The notes under the pieces are model-generated. The model was not told where the DNA came from. It saw only the letters and a list, made by a program, of their open reading frames with translations, and did not search any database. A stretch of DNA of 64,000 nucleotides, from NCBI RefSeq assembly GCF_009834535.1, contig NC_045696.1, positions 14,324,001 to 14,388,000 of the forward strand. The letters run 5' to 3'. Source of the stretch: Camelus ferus. Lineage: Eukaryota. The translations under genes and the position numbers were made by a program. Shown here piece after piece: positions 14,012 to 26,556 of the stretch (positions are counted from its first letter, which is position 1; each line of letters begins with the position of its first letter).

Positions 14012-14262
14012 ATGGGAGAATTCAGATGGCCAGTATCTTCCCCAGCTAGCTGGGGCTTCTATATCCCCAACCAATAGCAAAGACACAACCACAACCATAT
14101 CCATGTCATTGGAAACTTGGGTATAGCAACCATAGCAGTACCCATGGCCAGAGTCCCAGCAATAACCCAGATCTCAAGACACCATATCAAGAATCACAAA
14201 GTTTAGAAATGTCTAAAGGCAAGGGGGCACCAGTCAGAATAGGAGTTGCTGTAATATGTCAT
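14012..14262 (-). pseudogene. Degraded HGT-KRTAP pseudogene (KRTAP19/20/21-type)
   Basis: Minus strand from ATG at 14262 reads MTYYSNSYSD; after stops and frameshifts come LGYCWDSGHGYCYGCY, HGYGCGC, GWGYR and a C-terminal WGRYWPSEF. About 250 bp, same strand as the other KAPs. Confidence 0.6.
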
Positions 14263-15999
14263 ATTGAAACGAACGGCACCCTCTGATACCTGGGAGTAAG
14301 TAATTAAAGTTAGGCTGTCACAGTCTCCTTGGTCCACACCTCTAGCCACGTCTACCTAACAATGAGGGGGACACTGCGAGTCAACCCCAACTCATCATTC
14401 TAATAACTGATTTAAACAATATTCATCAACCTCATTAATCAGTTGTCCTTTTACATGAGGACCAACTTTGTACTTATTTCAAGACACTTAAATATGCTTT
14501 GATGTCAAGTTGCAACTCCCCTAAACCCATCTCCATCTGTGATCTACACTGAGAAGAGAAAAATCTCAATTTTTTGATCCCAAATGTAAAGCTCTGGAAC
14601 TAGACTGCATCCTATTCTGTTCACATTCAGTTTTCTGAAATTTCTTTCCCCTCTGATAAGACCTCATATTTCTCTCTCAAAACCTCTGTTGAGATGAACC
14701 TTCCCCAGAAACTGGGAGTTTCTGAACAAACTCACTTGTTTAGAATGTTGCCTTCATAGCACAGGATTTTGGAAGGTGACACACACCTTGCACTCCCCCC
14801 CCCCCCCCCGAGAAAGCTGAATGACTGACAGGACATGGCTAAGTGTAGTAATTGCCCAAAGATAAAATTCAGAAATATTGACAGACCCCAGCCAAGGCAA
14901 CTGCCAGCAACAACTAACACTACTGACATGAAGTAATGGCTATTTCTCTCAAAAAGCAGCAACAGATAGTAAATGGCTTCACTTACTTTTCAGGGTGTGC
15001 AGGTCTTTTAATGAATACCTCAGCTCAATAAAAATTATATTAAACTTAATAGTTGCCAGTCCCTGAGTTGATGAAAAGCTCAAGTAGAGGCCCCAAGGCT
15101 CTGCTCAAGAAGAGCTTTTGAAAATCAAGCCGATTCTACACTTTAATTTGTCTCTGTAACAGTAAAGCAACACAAACAAATTTTATCTACTCAGTACATC
15201 TCTGGATTGGACTTTGAAACCTACAGAAATCCCATCCTCACCCCAGAGTTCTATTTTTCTATTTGTTCTCATATTACGTTGAGAAGGGCAATGTGCTGAT
15301 AGATTTATTCACAATCACAAAGTGCTGGTGCAATCAACAAAAAACTCTGAATTGCTGTGCAAACACAAGGTAAACTGTTATGCTATCACAAGTAAAAGAA
15401 TAGAAAGTAAATAGAAATAATTATACATATAGCCATAAATTCTGTAAAATGGAAAGCCATTTTATGTTCAAGGCAAAATTATAGCCAATGGTCATGTTTA
15501 ACATAATGCTCATCAACAAAATCACACGATAATGATAGAAATCTAGGCTGTCAAAGGGAAGGTTAGAACTACATAAAGGATTGTAGCGGTTAGAAGCCTT
15601 AAAGGCAAGATTTGTAGGGTTACAAGAAACAACATTTTGGCAGGTGTCTGAATGTAATCTTTTCCACGCTATCATGGACACTTCCTTGCTCTCTTGACCA
15701 ATCCTGCTTCTTATCAACAGTCAATGAAAAATATTTATTGCTACTCTCTTCCCATGGAGTACTGTTTAACTTCTTCATCATGTTGCCCTGAGTGTTGGCC
15801 TCACCATTTTATTGACTGACAAAACAATGTTGAGCTCAACCAGCCAGTCAATTTACAGGAAATGTTGCTGCCGTTTGATCACCTGCTCTCTCACCCTGTA
15901 CTGTTTTTTTTTTTTTTTCCTTTAGTTGGGCTGTGTTATGGATCATGAGTCATGGCAAGGATCTTCCAAGAGAAAGAGAAATTTTTTTAAATGTACAGT

Positions 16000-16370
16000 A
16001 TTTAAAGGAGAACACAGATACATTAATAAGTGTGATATTCTAGAAGAAAACTCACAGGAAACTGTCCTGCATGATCTACTCTGCTAATAAAATATATCTT
16101 AAAAATTATTTCCAAGCCAGTACTTATGAAGAGAACCCTAAAACTTTCACAGAGGGGAGGGGAGTGGGAAATCATTCATACGAAGGACTAGAGATCAGAA
16201 TGCTATTAGATATCTCAGAAGCAAAATTGGAAGCCAGAAGAAAATGAAGCAATGTTTTCAGTAAGATGAAAAAAAAAAGATATATTTCTAACCTAGAAAA
16301 CCAGTCAATCTATAAGTTAACTGTCGATATAAAATAAACAGACATCCAGGACCACAGAAAATTTAGACCC
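16000..16370 (+). mobile_element. Ancient L1/HAL1 ORF1-region fragment
   Basis: 'atcagaatg...gatatctcagaagcaaaattggaagccagaagaaaatgaagcaatgttttc...tttctaacctagaa' resembles the L1 ORF1 C-terminal region. Confidence 0.55.
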
Positions 16371-17899
16371 ACTAGCTCAGGAAAGTTCTCTCTAGGGCCC
16401 TATTGGACATAGTATGAAATAAGGAATTTATTTTCATTACACTGGCCTGACATTGAAGGATAACATGTGTCCTAAATACTGAAAATATTTCTGACCTTTG
16501 ATTAAGTATCTTGGCTCTACTTGGAGTCTAAAACAAGGAAATAAATTGGCAATAGTGATTATTTAATGGTGTTCATTAAAATACTGTTTCAATCGGTGTT
16601 TGAAAACACCCTGAATGTGTAAAACTGAGATTAAATGCATTAAATATGCTGTATTTATGTAAAGAAATACAATGTAGTCATTTTTAAAATATGTTTTCAA
16701 ATAATTTTCAATTTTATAAGAGAGCTTTCAAAATAATTACACTGTAAAAAGTATTAAGTACATTCAGTCACTAAAGAGATGATATTAGTCTCTCTTTTTT
16801 TTTTAGTCTCTCTTGATTAATGGATAATACGTATTTTTTCTTACTCTATTTTCCATACAGTTTGCAATGAATAATTATTCATAGAAAAATAGATTTTTTA
16901 ATTTTTTCTATAAAAGTTAATCACAACTCATGTTCCTTTAACCTTTTCCTATGGAGCTGAATTTCTTTCCCTTTATTTCTAATATAGAGAAATTTCTAGT
17001 TGTTTCTAAGCAATATCTTCTAATGCTTTTCTCTAGACTCTTCCTTAATTTCCTACATTCTTAACAAAATTCAGATGATAAAACAGAATCACTGTTCTAA
17101 TAACGGTCTGGACAGAGCCATGTAGTGAAAGGATTAATTTTCACTTTCTATGTGACATACTTCTACTAACTCACATTTGTATCTGGTTCTTTTTAAATTA
17201 TACGTTACATTACTGATTCATTCCTAGTGTATGACTAGTTTGGTTTCTGCAATATTTTCCTGAGTCAAGATTTCTCCATTCTTTCCCTGGCACTGCCTTG
17301 TACTTGGTCCCTCTCATGCCAAACTTCATTCTTGCTGGTCACTTTGTTTCAGTCACCTTTGAAATCTATTCCTAATCTCCAAAGTTTGAGACTATCACTC
17401 AAGTTAGCAAAGCTAGGAAAACGTGGTGAACATGTCAATTTCTTTATCGAGATCAGTGTTTCTTTAAAGGTGACTCTGATGTCATCAACCTCATAATCTT
17501 TTGTGCTGGTTAAATATGCAGATAAGTAGGGTGTGCCCTCAGACACCAGACCAGAAGAGTCTATGGAAGCAGAGCCCTCAAGTCTACATCTTTTAACAGC
17601 TTGGCTAGAATTTTTATGCATGCTCAGATTTGAAAACCATGAAATGTAGGTCACTGCAAAATAAATTTCACACTATTTCATACATCTGTCATGGTTGATA
17701 AGACATTTTCAGAAACTTCCAGGTTCTCTATCCTTAAATTTCTTCTCTCTCTCTCTCTCTTTTTTTTTTTTTTTCCTGAGGCCAATCAACCTGGAGGTCC
17801 AAATTCTGGATGGATTATACTCTAAGCTTATTCCTAACCAAAAATAGATTCAAGAAGCTTAGCAAACCCCATATAGGACATACCTAAAGACGTCTGTTT

Positions 17900-18145
17900 C
17901 ACAAGGTTATATACTGTATAATTTCATTTGTATGTCTCTGTCAAAAGGACAAAATACTGTGATGGAGAACAGGCCAAGGGTTGTCAAAATTAGGAGATAC
18001 AGTATGACTAAAATACGGACAGCATGAGTTTTCTGGGGTGATGAAACTGTTCTATATCCTAAATGCTCTGATAATTACAAAGATATATGTATGCATGTTT
18101 TAAAACATGTATACAATTTTACTGTATGTTGATTTTTAAAAATTT
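17900..18145 (+). mobile_element. Old L1 (L1MC/MD-like) 3' end
   Basis: 'aaggttatatactgtataatttcattt...ggggtgatgaaactgttctatatcct'. Confidence 0.65.
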
Positions 18146-19642
18146 AAGCTGACTTGATAATTTCCCTAAAGATATAAAATTCTCCATTTATTTAGATGAT
18201 CCAGATTTTATCTTTAGATACAGTTATGTTTTTCAGAGAGCTTTAATTCTACATTACATTTTAATTCTGTATTTTGCTACCTATACGAATGCTTTATGCT
18301 GGATTTTGCTTTATGCTGCCATGTAGGCTTGCATTGAAGGTGACTATAAGAAATAGACATTATAAACTCATTATAACGTTAATTATGGAAGTGTTCTTAA
18401 AGTGATATTTAATAATAATAATATTTTTTAAAGATTACTTAGCATCAACAGCTAATTCAATGCAAGACCATGAATGCACAAAATTAGAGACCCAAGGGGG
18501 TTTGAATATTATTCTAGGAGCTGTAGTTTTGATCAAGTTTGATCTCCTAACACAGTGAATTCTGCCATTTGTCTTCCAGGTCCATTTTTACATCAAGTTT
18601 GGTGATTCAGGAATAAATCAGAATATGAAGTACAACTCACCTAACAATAGTCATCTTTCCTGACCTTTTATATTTAAAGAAATTTAAAATGTATTTCTCA
18701 TATTCCTTCCCTGTTGAGAATACTCACAAGGATAACCTTTTCTTAGCATAATGTGAGACAAATATCACCATAACATTATTGGGATTTATTTTAATTCACA
18801 ACTTTGTCTTTTGTTAATTATGGTTTAATCATTAAACTCATACCACAGACTCAAGAAATTGCCATATAAACAAAAAGCAAACTGAAAACAGAATATAATA
18901 GACATAGAAGAGATATAAATTTTAAGATTGCTTCTATACACTGGTTCTTTAGTTGGTATTGTCAATATCAAGCCGGAATAAAGACAACAGGAAACTGGAA
19001 AGTGTTTTTTAAAAGCTAAAAACCCTTTATTGAGGCAGTTAACACACTGAAGATTGGAGAGGTTAGAGCTAATTTTAATTCCTAGAATTCTTAGTTAAGA
19101 GTATATAGTATAGTTAAGAGGAATGAAAGAAGAGTCTATGAACTTTCACCACGGACTGTTTATTTTTTTTATTAAATCTATATCCCTTTAGTAGCTAGAA
19201 TGCTTAGAATTACGAAGTATTACTCTCACTGCAAAATGGAAGAGGAAAATATATCCACAAAGAATGAACCAAGAGAAAATAACAAAATTGAAAATCACAT
19301 TTGTAGGCTAATCATGTTTCTAGGTTGTAGGCTAATATATTCTAATAAATATTAGAATAAGGAAGTGAATGAAAAAAAAACTGAACCAGAATTTAGTGGA
19401 AAACATGAAAATCAAACATACTGGGGAATTTAAAATTCTAAGGTACAGCATCCTATTAAGAAAAATTGACTTCAATTAAAGTTCAGTCCACAAAGCTTCT
19501 GATCACTCTACTTTGCACAGTTCAATACAAAAAGGATCTGAAGTCCATGTCTTATCCTCTGGAAAACTGTCAGTAAAACTTTGCTTCAAGTTTTGTCCCT
19601 GAGGACACAAATTATTGTACAGTTCACATGGTTAGAAGTTGA

Positions 19643-19834
19643 TTAATATAGATTGAATGTCCAGTCTCTTCTGTAGTTAAGTGGCTGGGAGCCACCATAC
19701 CCATAGCCAAAGCCATAGCCCACTGTGGAGCAGGTGCTGCCATATCCACAGCCAGCACTGTCCCCCAGGGGCTAGCCAAAACTGCCCCACTACATGCCTG
19801 GGTAGATGCCCTGATTGATGAAGCCACAGGACAT
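19643..19834 (-). pseudogene. KRTAP8-family pseudogene (KRTAP8-2-like), two premature TAG stops
   Basis: Gap-free 192 bp reading MSCGFINQGIYPGM*WGSFG*PLGDSAGCGYGSTCSTVGYGFGYGYGGSQPLNYRRDWTFNLY*; aligns codon-for-codon with the KRTAP8-1 ORF; stops at 19790-19792 and 19772-19774. Confidence 0.9.
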
Positions 19835-19907
19835 TTAGTTAAGAGTTGGTTGTTTAGCAGTAAAGACCACGTTTCCTGGGAATGACTTGCTCCATCTGTC
19901 CAAAGCC

Positions 19908-20064
19908 TTTTATACACTCCCACCTGAGGGTGTGGCAACAAATAGCCCCTTGTTCCTAGGCATTTTTACTGCTCTTTAAAATCATTTGTGGTTAACTGAC
20001 TCCCTAGTGTTCTTTGAATTAGTTTAGTCCCTATAATGAAGAAGCTACTGAAGAGTCATCAAAG
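19908..20064 (-). promoter_or_regulatory. Retained promoter of the KRTAP8-2-like pseudogene
   Basis: TATAAAA 19908-19914, CCACACCC box 19928-19935, TCF/LEF consensus CTTTGATG 20057-20064 (all read on the minus strand). Confidence 0.7.
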
Positions 20065-22491
20065 TCTTTGGTAAAAGCAGGTTCCCAATTTAACCTTCAA
20101 AAATCAGGCTTCCTAACAACCAGAAGATTTCTTACCATATTATCTAACATTGTCTTAAGATTGCAGATACTTTCTGGTCATACAAAAGGGATTATTAATG
20201 CTGTCTAAACTGTGAGATTAAAGATACTAAAGATTCTTTTCCTAAGAAATTTTTGATACATGATTGAACCCATTATAGATGTTTTCAAAACTAAGGCAAA
20301 TCTTCTGTTAATCATATCTCATGAGATCTAGAAGTCTATTTCTCAGTAATAATCTATTCCACCATTCAATTGCAACTGTTTTGTGTTCAGTGATCATTTG
20401 ATATTTATCAATGATGAGGAACTATATTTTTATGTTTATGAGTAATCAGCTTTTGAGGATGGCCAATCTCTTCAAATAACTTTTTAATGAATTTTCAATT
20501 TCTTCACTCTTCCTCCTTTGTCTTGGAATTATCAACTACCTTTAGATTCTAATTTTGTTAAGTAAATTTGACTTGACACTACCAAGATCTGCTGGACATG
20601 AGAAAATAAGTAATTAGAAGAACGGAGTATTTACAGAGTCAGCCATGTTAGATAAATGACAGCTGTAGTTTCCCTCCTGTTTCGGTCAGAAATTTACCCT
20701 CAAGAAACATGACTTGGCCTGACTACCTGCCTGCACTCAGAATGAGAAGACCACATCATAAATGTAGCATTAGCCTTTTGAGAGAAACTTAAAGAATTTG
20801 TGAACAGACTTTACGTCTTAAACATATATTTAAATCATTTAACCAACTGGTTTTCACCTAACGATTCCTTAGATATCCTAAGGATCAATATTACTGGAAA
20901 AGTGCCCACTGGGATGACTGAAATAGGAAAAGACTAGATTATGGTATCAAAGTACAAATTTAATAAAACAAAAGCAATTCTTCCAATTTTTACCTAATTC
21001 CTTAAAATACCTCATTGTTTAGAAGCATATAACAGCAGATGACATGGGGCTTGATGTTTATTTTGGAAAGGTTAATGAAAATAATATATTTGAATTTTTA
21101 CTTAATTCTGGATTGAACATGTTTAAATCCACCATTGAATAAGGATCATATAAAGAATCCTACTGGAGCTATATTTAATATTAGGTGAAAGAACAAAGTA
21201 TTGGCCATTAAAGTGTAAGAATGCACTAATGGATTTCTTTATTACTTCAGAAAAGCATGTAAAATATCAAAGAATATACTTAAACCTTGCATGTACTTGC
21301 TTATATCTCTGCTTTTATCACTTATAAGAGTGTTATTTGGTCAATATGTAATATAATGAAAGGGCTACAAGAGTAGAAGCTATAAATTCTGGTCTGAGAT
21401 CTGACCTTTGACAATAACACCACACTCTGTGCCTCAGTCGCAAAGCTGTAAAGAAGCGGTAACTATCTTTCCTAATTCATGAGGATTTGTAAAGCTCTAA
21501 TGAGATAATGTAGATGAATATACAGTGAAATCATAAGGTACAATACAAGTGTGTGCTTAAATCATTGTTTTATTTTGCTCACTCCAAATCTAGTCAATCT
21601 TACAAGCAGTTAACTAAAACTATTCTATATGAATTTGATGAACCAATAATTTAATATTCTAGAGCAGTATTTCACAGATGTAACAAGCATCAGAATTTTA
21701 GTTGGCTTGTTAGTTAAAACGCATATTTCTGACTCTAGATCTTGAGGGAAAGAGACAGAAATCTTGAGAATTTGCCTTTTTAAAATGTTCCTATTTGACG
21801 CTGATATTGGCAGTCTAGAAACCACATATTGAGAAGCGTGCTTCTAAAGAAGAGATAAAATTGAAAAGAGTATAGGGAAATGTATGTTCATAGCCACACA
21901 TAATGTATATACTTTAACATGGATAGTCCTTCTGTATGATTTAGGATCCAAGACAAAGCGGTTTGATTTCACTACTGGACTTTGGATATTACTAATCTAA
22001 TCAAATTAACCTGGACATCACAGGTTAGCCCACATAGCACATATATCATGTAGCTAACACTTTCTGATAATCTATAAAAATCAGTCTCTATTTTAACATT
22101 GCTTTTATTGGATGCAACAGAAGTGAAAATATGACCATCATAATAAACATACTTAAACCAAAGAGCAGATATTCAAACCACATGTTCTTTGTCAACTCAG
22201 ATAAGTTTTTGAGGAGAAAATAGAAGCATCCTCAAGATGAAAAATCAAAGACAAATGTGTTAGAGTAGAATGTATTTCAAATAAGAATCACAAGCCTAAA
22301 TGATGAACTTCAGGACAAGTTCAAAGAATTACAGACTGAAGGTGATACATCTTGAAGTGAGCCAGATCCAGTGTGTGCAGAAGCTGAACTTGTTCAAGCA
22401 GCATCTTCTGACTCAAAGAAGCTTAGAAGCAGACAGGAAACAAAAGAGCAAGATGTCCCAGGAGTGCCAAGGTCTCAGATGTGCAGATTAA

Positions 22492-22682
22492 TCAATAGAC
22501 TCCTATTGCCCCGTATCTTTTATAGCCAACTGGTCAGTTACTTCTATAGCCATAATCCAGGCCACAGCCCAGAGGTAAGAAGGTGCTACCATATCCACGG
22601 TCAGTACAGGGGTTCAGGGAATAACCATAACTTCCCCAGTAGCCATTGGGTTGAAATTGTCAAGATAGAAGTCACAATACAT
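22492..22682 (-). pseudogene. Second KRTAP8-family pseudogene (1-bp deletion plus nonsense codon)
   Basis: 191 bp reading MYCDFYLDNFNP/GYWGSYGYSLNPCTDRGYGSTFLPLGCGLDYGYRSN*PVGYKRYGAIGVY*; frameshift near 22645, TGA at 22534-22536; AATAAA (minus) 22104-22109. Confidence 0.85.
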
Positions 22683-23469
22683 TGTTCAGGAGACAAGGAT
22701 TTGATCAGGCAGCAAGGTTAATGGCTACAGAACATAATGGGATCCTTCTTCCTATGTGACTCATGTGACCTCAGTGGAGGGCTGTGATGAAGAAATGTAT
22801 GTCCTTCGTTCTTTAAATCAAAGGAATTAAAATTCTTATTAATCTCCTAGATCTCATTGAAAAAAGAAGAGATCCTCATTACTCTTGAAAGAGGTTTGAG
22901 CTTGATTAACTACTCAAGAATTCTTCTTTACAGGTTTTGTACCTGTAATGAGAAGTTACTGCCATGCCTACTGTGTCTTCAAAGTGTTGGGTTAAACTAG
23001 ACTCCAAATTTAATCATCCAATTATCAGACTTCTCAACAACAAAAACCATGCTGGTTGCAACACCAAACCATGTTTTTAGTCCACAGGAATTTACTGAAT
23101 GTCCTCATGCTTCATAAAGTTCTATACCAAGGCTTGAGGTGTAGATATTAAAGAGCTTGTAGATCTAGCAAACCTTTCAAACTAGAAGCAAAGGCAAAAC
23201 AAACAAGCCTACAATCAGCGTAAATATATGCAGTTAAATCCCATTAATTATAAAATGTCGAGTGGATGTAGTGGGGCAAGGATTATAGTAGCAGTTTGTG
23301 TAGATATAAAATGGTGTAGATGAATTAAACTTTAAGATTGATGTCTGGACCAGGGAGAGTATAGCAAAGCACTCAGATAACAAAAGAATGTTTCTCTTGA
23401 TCTTATACACTATAAAACCAAAATTTGAAAACAGACAAGGAACAATGAGAACTGAGATGTCTTCTAAAA

Positions 23470-23950
23470 ATTAATCATGGTACTTGTTAAAGATGGTAAG
23501 GCCAACTTTATTCAAGGGGAGCTATTATAATATGGTAGTGTGGGTTTTGTGATAGTAGAGGGAGATTGTGATCAACTCTAAATACAAGAAAAAGTGGGAA
23601 TTTTCAGTCAAGGAGCAGGATGAAAAATTACTAAGAGGAAGTATCAAGGGTAAGGGGAGAGGGTGTTGGTTTTAGTCTAATCCAACCTAACAGGATTCTT
23701 GCTGAAGGCAGGACAGAGAGATCAGACATCACCCGGGAGATGGTAGAAGACAAGGTCCCCAATCAGATATCGAGGGTGATCAGACATTGAGGTTAGGGAG
23801 TGAGGGGAGTTCTGGTTTAATGACTCAGCAGTTTCCTTGCTAAAATTGGACAATGCAGAGACAAACACAGAAAAACAAAAGTAAGAGCCTCATTGGGAAT
23901 AGAGTTCAGTGGGGCCTGACTAAGTTTGGTCAAGGAGAAAATCTCTGTCA
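23470..23950 (-). mobile_element. ERV1 LTR (MER31-like)
   Basis: Reverse complement starts 'tgacagagattttctccttgaccaaacttagtcaggcccc', matching the recalled MER31 5' end; AATAAA near its 3' end. Confidence 0.7.
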
Positions 23951-24579
23951 GGTGAACCTGCCTCTTTCCCTTCCCTTTCCTTACTTCTTCACTGGCTTTC
24001 TACCTCTGGACTGTGCAGCTTTGCATAGCTTACTCCTCCCTTCATTCTAGAACAGAATATCAAATTATTTTTGAAATTTATGAAGAATTATACTGAAAAA
24101 TACTCTATAATTGATAACTCTGAATTTCTAAGAGACAGTTGAAAGACTGTCCCTGAGAGAGGTGGAGGAAGGGAAATTATCATTGCTTCATCCTCTTGGT
24201 AGATCCTGACCAAGCAACATCCACAACCCACTCCTCCATCTCAGGATTATGTTTCTGGACTCATAGTCTGCACATTCATGAAGTCTCTCTTGAGTGTCAA
24301 AAAAAGGAAGAAAGAAAGAAAGAAAAGAAACCAACCCGAATAGTGACATTTTCTGATTTGAATGAAAGACTTTCAAAAGATCTCACTGTCATGATTACGG
24401 ATTCTTTATTTTAATCTAAAGAAACATTCAGTCTTTTCATTCATGTTATATTGATCAGGAACTCAATATGAGCTCAGTGCTGTGCTTTATTTTAGGGACA
24501 CAGTGGTGAACAAGACAGATAATATCCCTTTATGGAGCACACAGTTCTACAGAATGAAATTAGAGTCATCTCTGTTTGG

Positions 24580-24810
24580 TGGGAGGCAGGCAGCAAGACT
24601 TCAGCATCAAACACATCCAGGTTAGGAACCCAGCTCTGCCGCTCTCCAGCTTTGAGATCATGAGCATGTCACTGAACTTTCTGAATTCCAACTTCCTCAT
24701 GTATAAAATGAGGATAACAGAACCTGGAATGAAACCAACCTCATGGGGTTGTGAAGAGGAATACTGAACATAGGACAAGCCCAGGAATGTATTAAACTGA
24801 ACATTAGTTC
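24580..24810 (+). mobile_element. MIR SINE
   Basis: 'aacccagctctgcc...tcactgaactttctgaattccaacttcctcatgtataaaatgaggataacagaacct'. Confidence 0.7.
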
Positions 24811-26556
24811 TTTAGCCTAATTATTTTTGTCATTAAAATGACTGAAAATTTATACTAGAATATGCTCAAGGTGATGGCCTCACCTAAAATCTTGAATAAA
24901 CCCACTTCAGAAGTTTCTCAATGTCATAAGAGATCAATGGGATGAAAACATTTAGCTCAAAAGTCATTATGCTCATCTAGAGATGTACACAAGATTGGCT
25001 GGTTGGTTGGTTTTAAGTATGACTTACTTGCCACCATCACATGAGTTGAACATGCCCACTGGCAGCAGTTATCACATTTTGGATGGCTCTGAGAAATGTC
25101 ATCCTTTGGCTGAAGGAGAATTGTGGGAAATTGAAAATTAGAGCCACGTAAATAGGAGGCATTTCCAGTTTCTTTGCTTTGCAACCTGTGACTGGAGTTT
25201 TGGGCAAAAGAGCAAGTAAAACCTCTTTTGGATAAGGAAAAAAATTCACTTTGAATAATTTTATCAAATGCCAGTGTCACCCATTGATTCCTCAGTGTTT
25301 TATATTTATGTTCTTTTAGTATTTTCAGTAAATGAAGAAGTCCAAATACCTTGTCAGGTATTTGATAATCTTCTTTAGGCACCTATTGTAGCTGAAAGCT
25401 TTTTCTTTCTTTCTTTCTTTCTTTTTTTTTTTTTTTTTTTTCAGGTCTGGAAAGCAAAGCCAGTGTGAGTCATTGAAACTAATGACTTACTGCAACTGTG
25501 AGATTTCTCTGTACTGGGAAGGTGCTTCTCTTGATCTCTCTTCTTGCTGAGAGATTACTCATAAATCTAACTCGGAACGGACCCTGCTTAATAAGATCTA
25601 TGGGAATAGAAGTGAATTTTACTGTGTTCTAAGAAGTAAAAAACTTGAGGACAAAGATATAGAAGCAGAAGAGAAGAAGACGCAGGCAAATGCAAAAGTG
25701 AAACAGGGAAAATCAGTTGGTCAGTTCTTATATGCAAGAACAATGTAAATATGGTACAAGACCTCCTACCTGTGTTAGGCTCCCTACAACTCTGCCATCT
25801 TCACATTCTCCATTGTAATTTCGTGGCCAAAATTCATTGGATAGTGTAATCTAATATTCTGGTCACATAAAGAGTAACATTGGAAGAACATTTCTACATC
25901 AACCTGTGAGAGAGAGCAGATATTAGATGCCATCAAAATAGCCTTTGGAGAATACTTGGGAAGTGTTTAACAGGGTGTCATTAATAGATTTACTATCAAA
26001 GTTAGCCTTGGAAAACTCTTTGGGACTTTAAAACTCTCCTGTGAACCAAATGGATAAGTACAAATCAACATTTATATATTCAGCTATGACTAATGAATCA
26101 TTACTTCTGAGTAATCAAGGAATTGGGAAGCCAAACAGTTAGGGTAGGGGGCTTAGGATACTGGACAGAAAGCTGGAAAACAGGAGGTAGACCTTAGTGA
26201 GAAACATGAGTACACTATTGATACAGAGAATGTGAAAATGTGAAAAAAAAATTTTTTAAAGAATTTGCAACATTTGAAACCCCTCCTTTGTGGAGACAAG
26301 ATGGTTATGGAAATGAGTCAATAAGAAAACAGCTAACTGAGTAGAGATAACACTGAACACTGGATTCAGACAAAGGTTATGCAATGTGATTCTGCCAATG
26401 CAACACTTAATCTCATAATTCAAGAAAGTACTCCAGAATCTACTCCAGCCATGCCTTTCTTCCAGGAAGAATTACTCTGAAGCATCCTAAAATATAGGAG
26501 GAAAATATTTTCTCTCTCTATCTCTCCTTCTCTCAAAGATTCCTCTGCAGATATGT

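Noticed and set aside
19772..19792. Programmed readthrough or recoding of the two TAG codons
   Set aside because: No readthrough context such as TGA-CTAG, two stops would need suppression, and other Tyr codons have also decayed; simple pseudogenisation fits better.
19624..19941. 105-aa minus-strand ORF over the KAP8-2-like locus
   Set aside because: Shifted frame of GGC-TAT repeats (AMALAM); it starts upstream of the TATA box and is not the KAP frame.
22300..22721. Plus-strand ORFs of 63 and 116 aa
   Set aside because: Antisense shadows of the KAP8 pseudogene and its 3' flank, with no recognisable protein.
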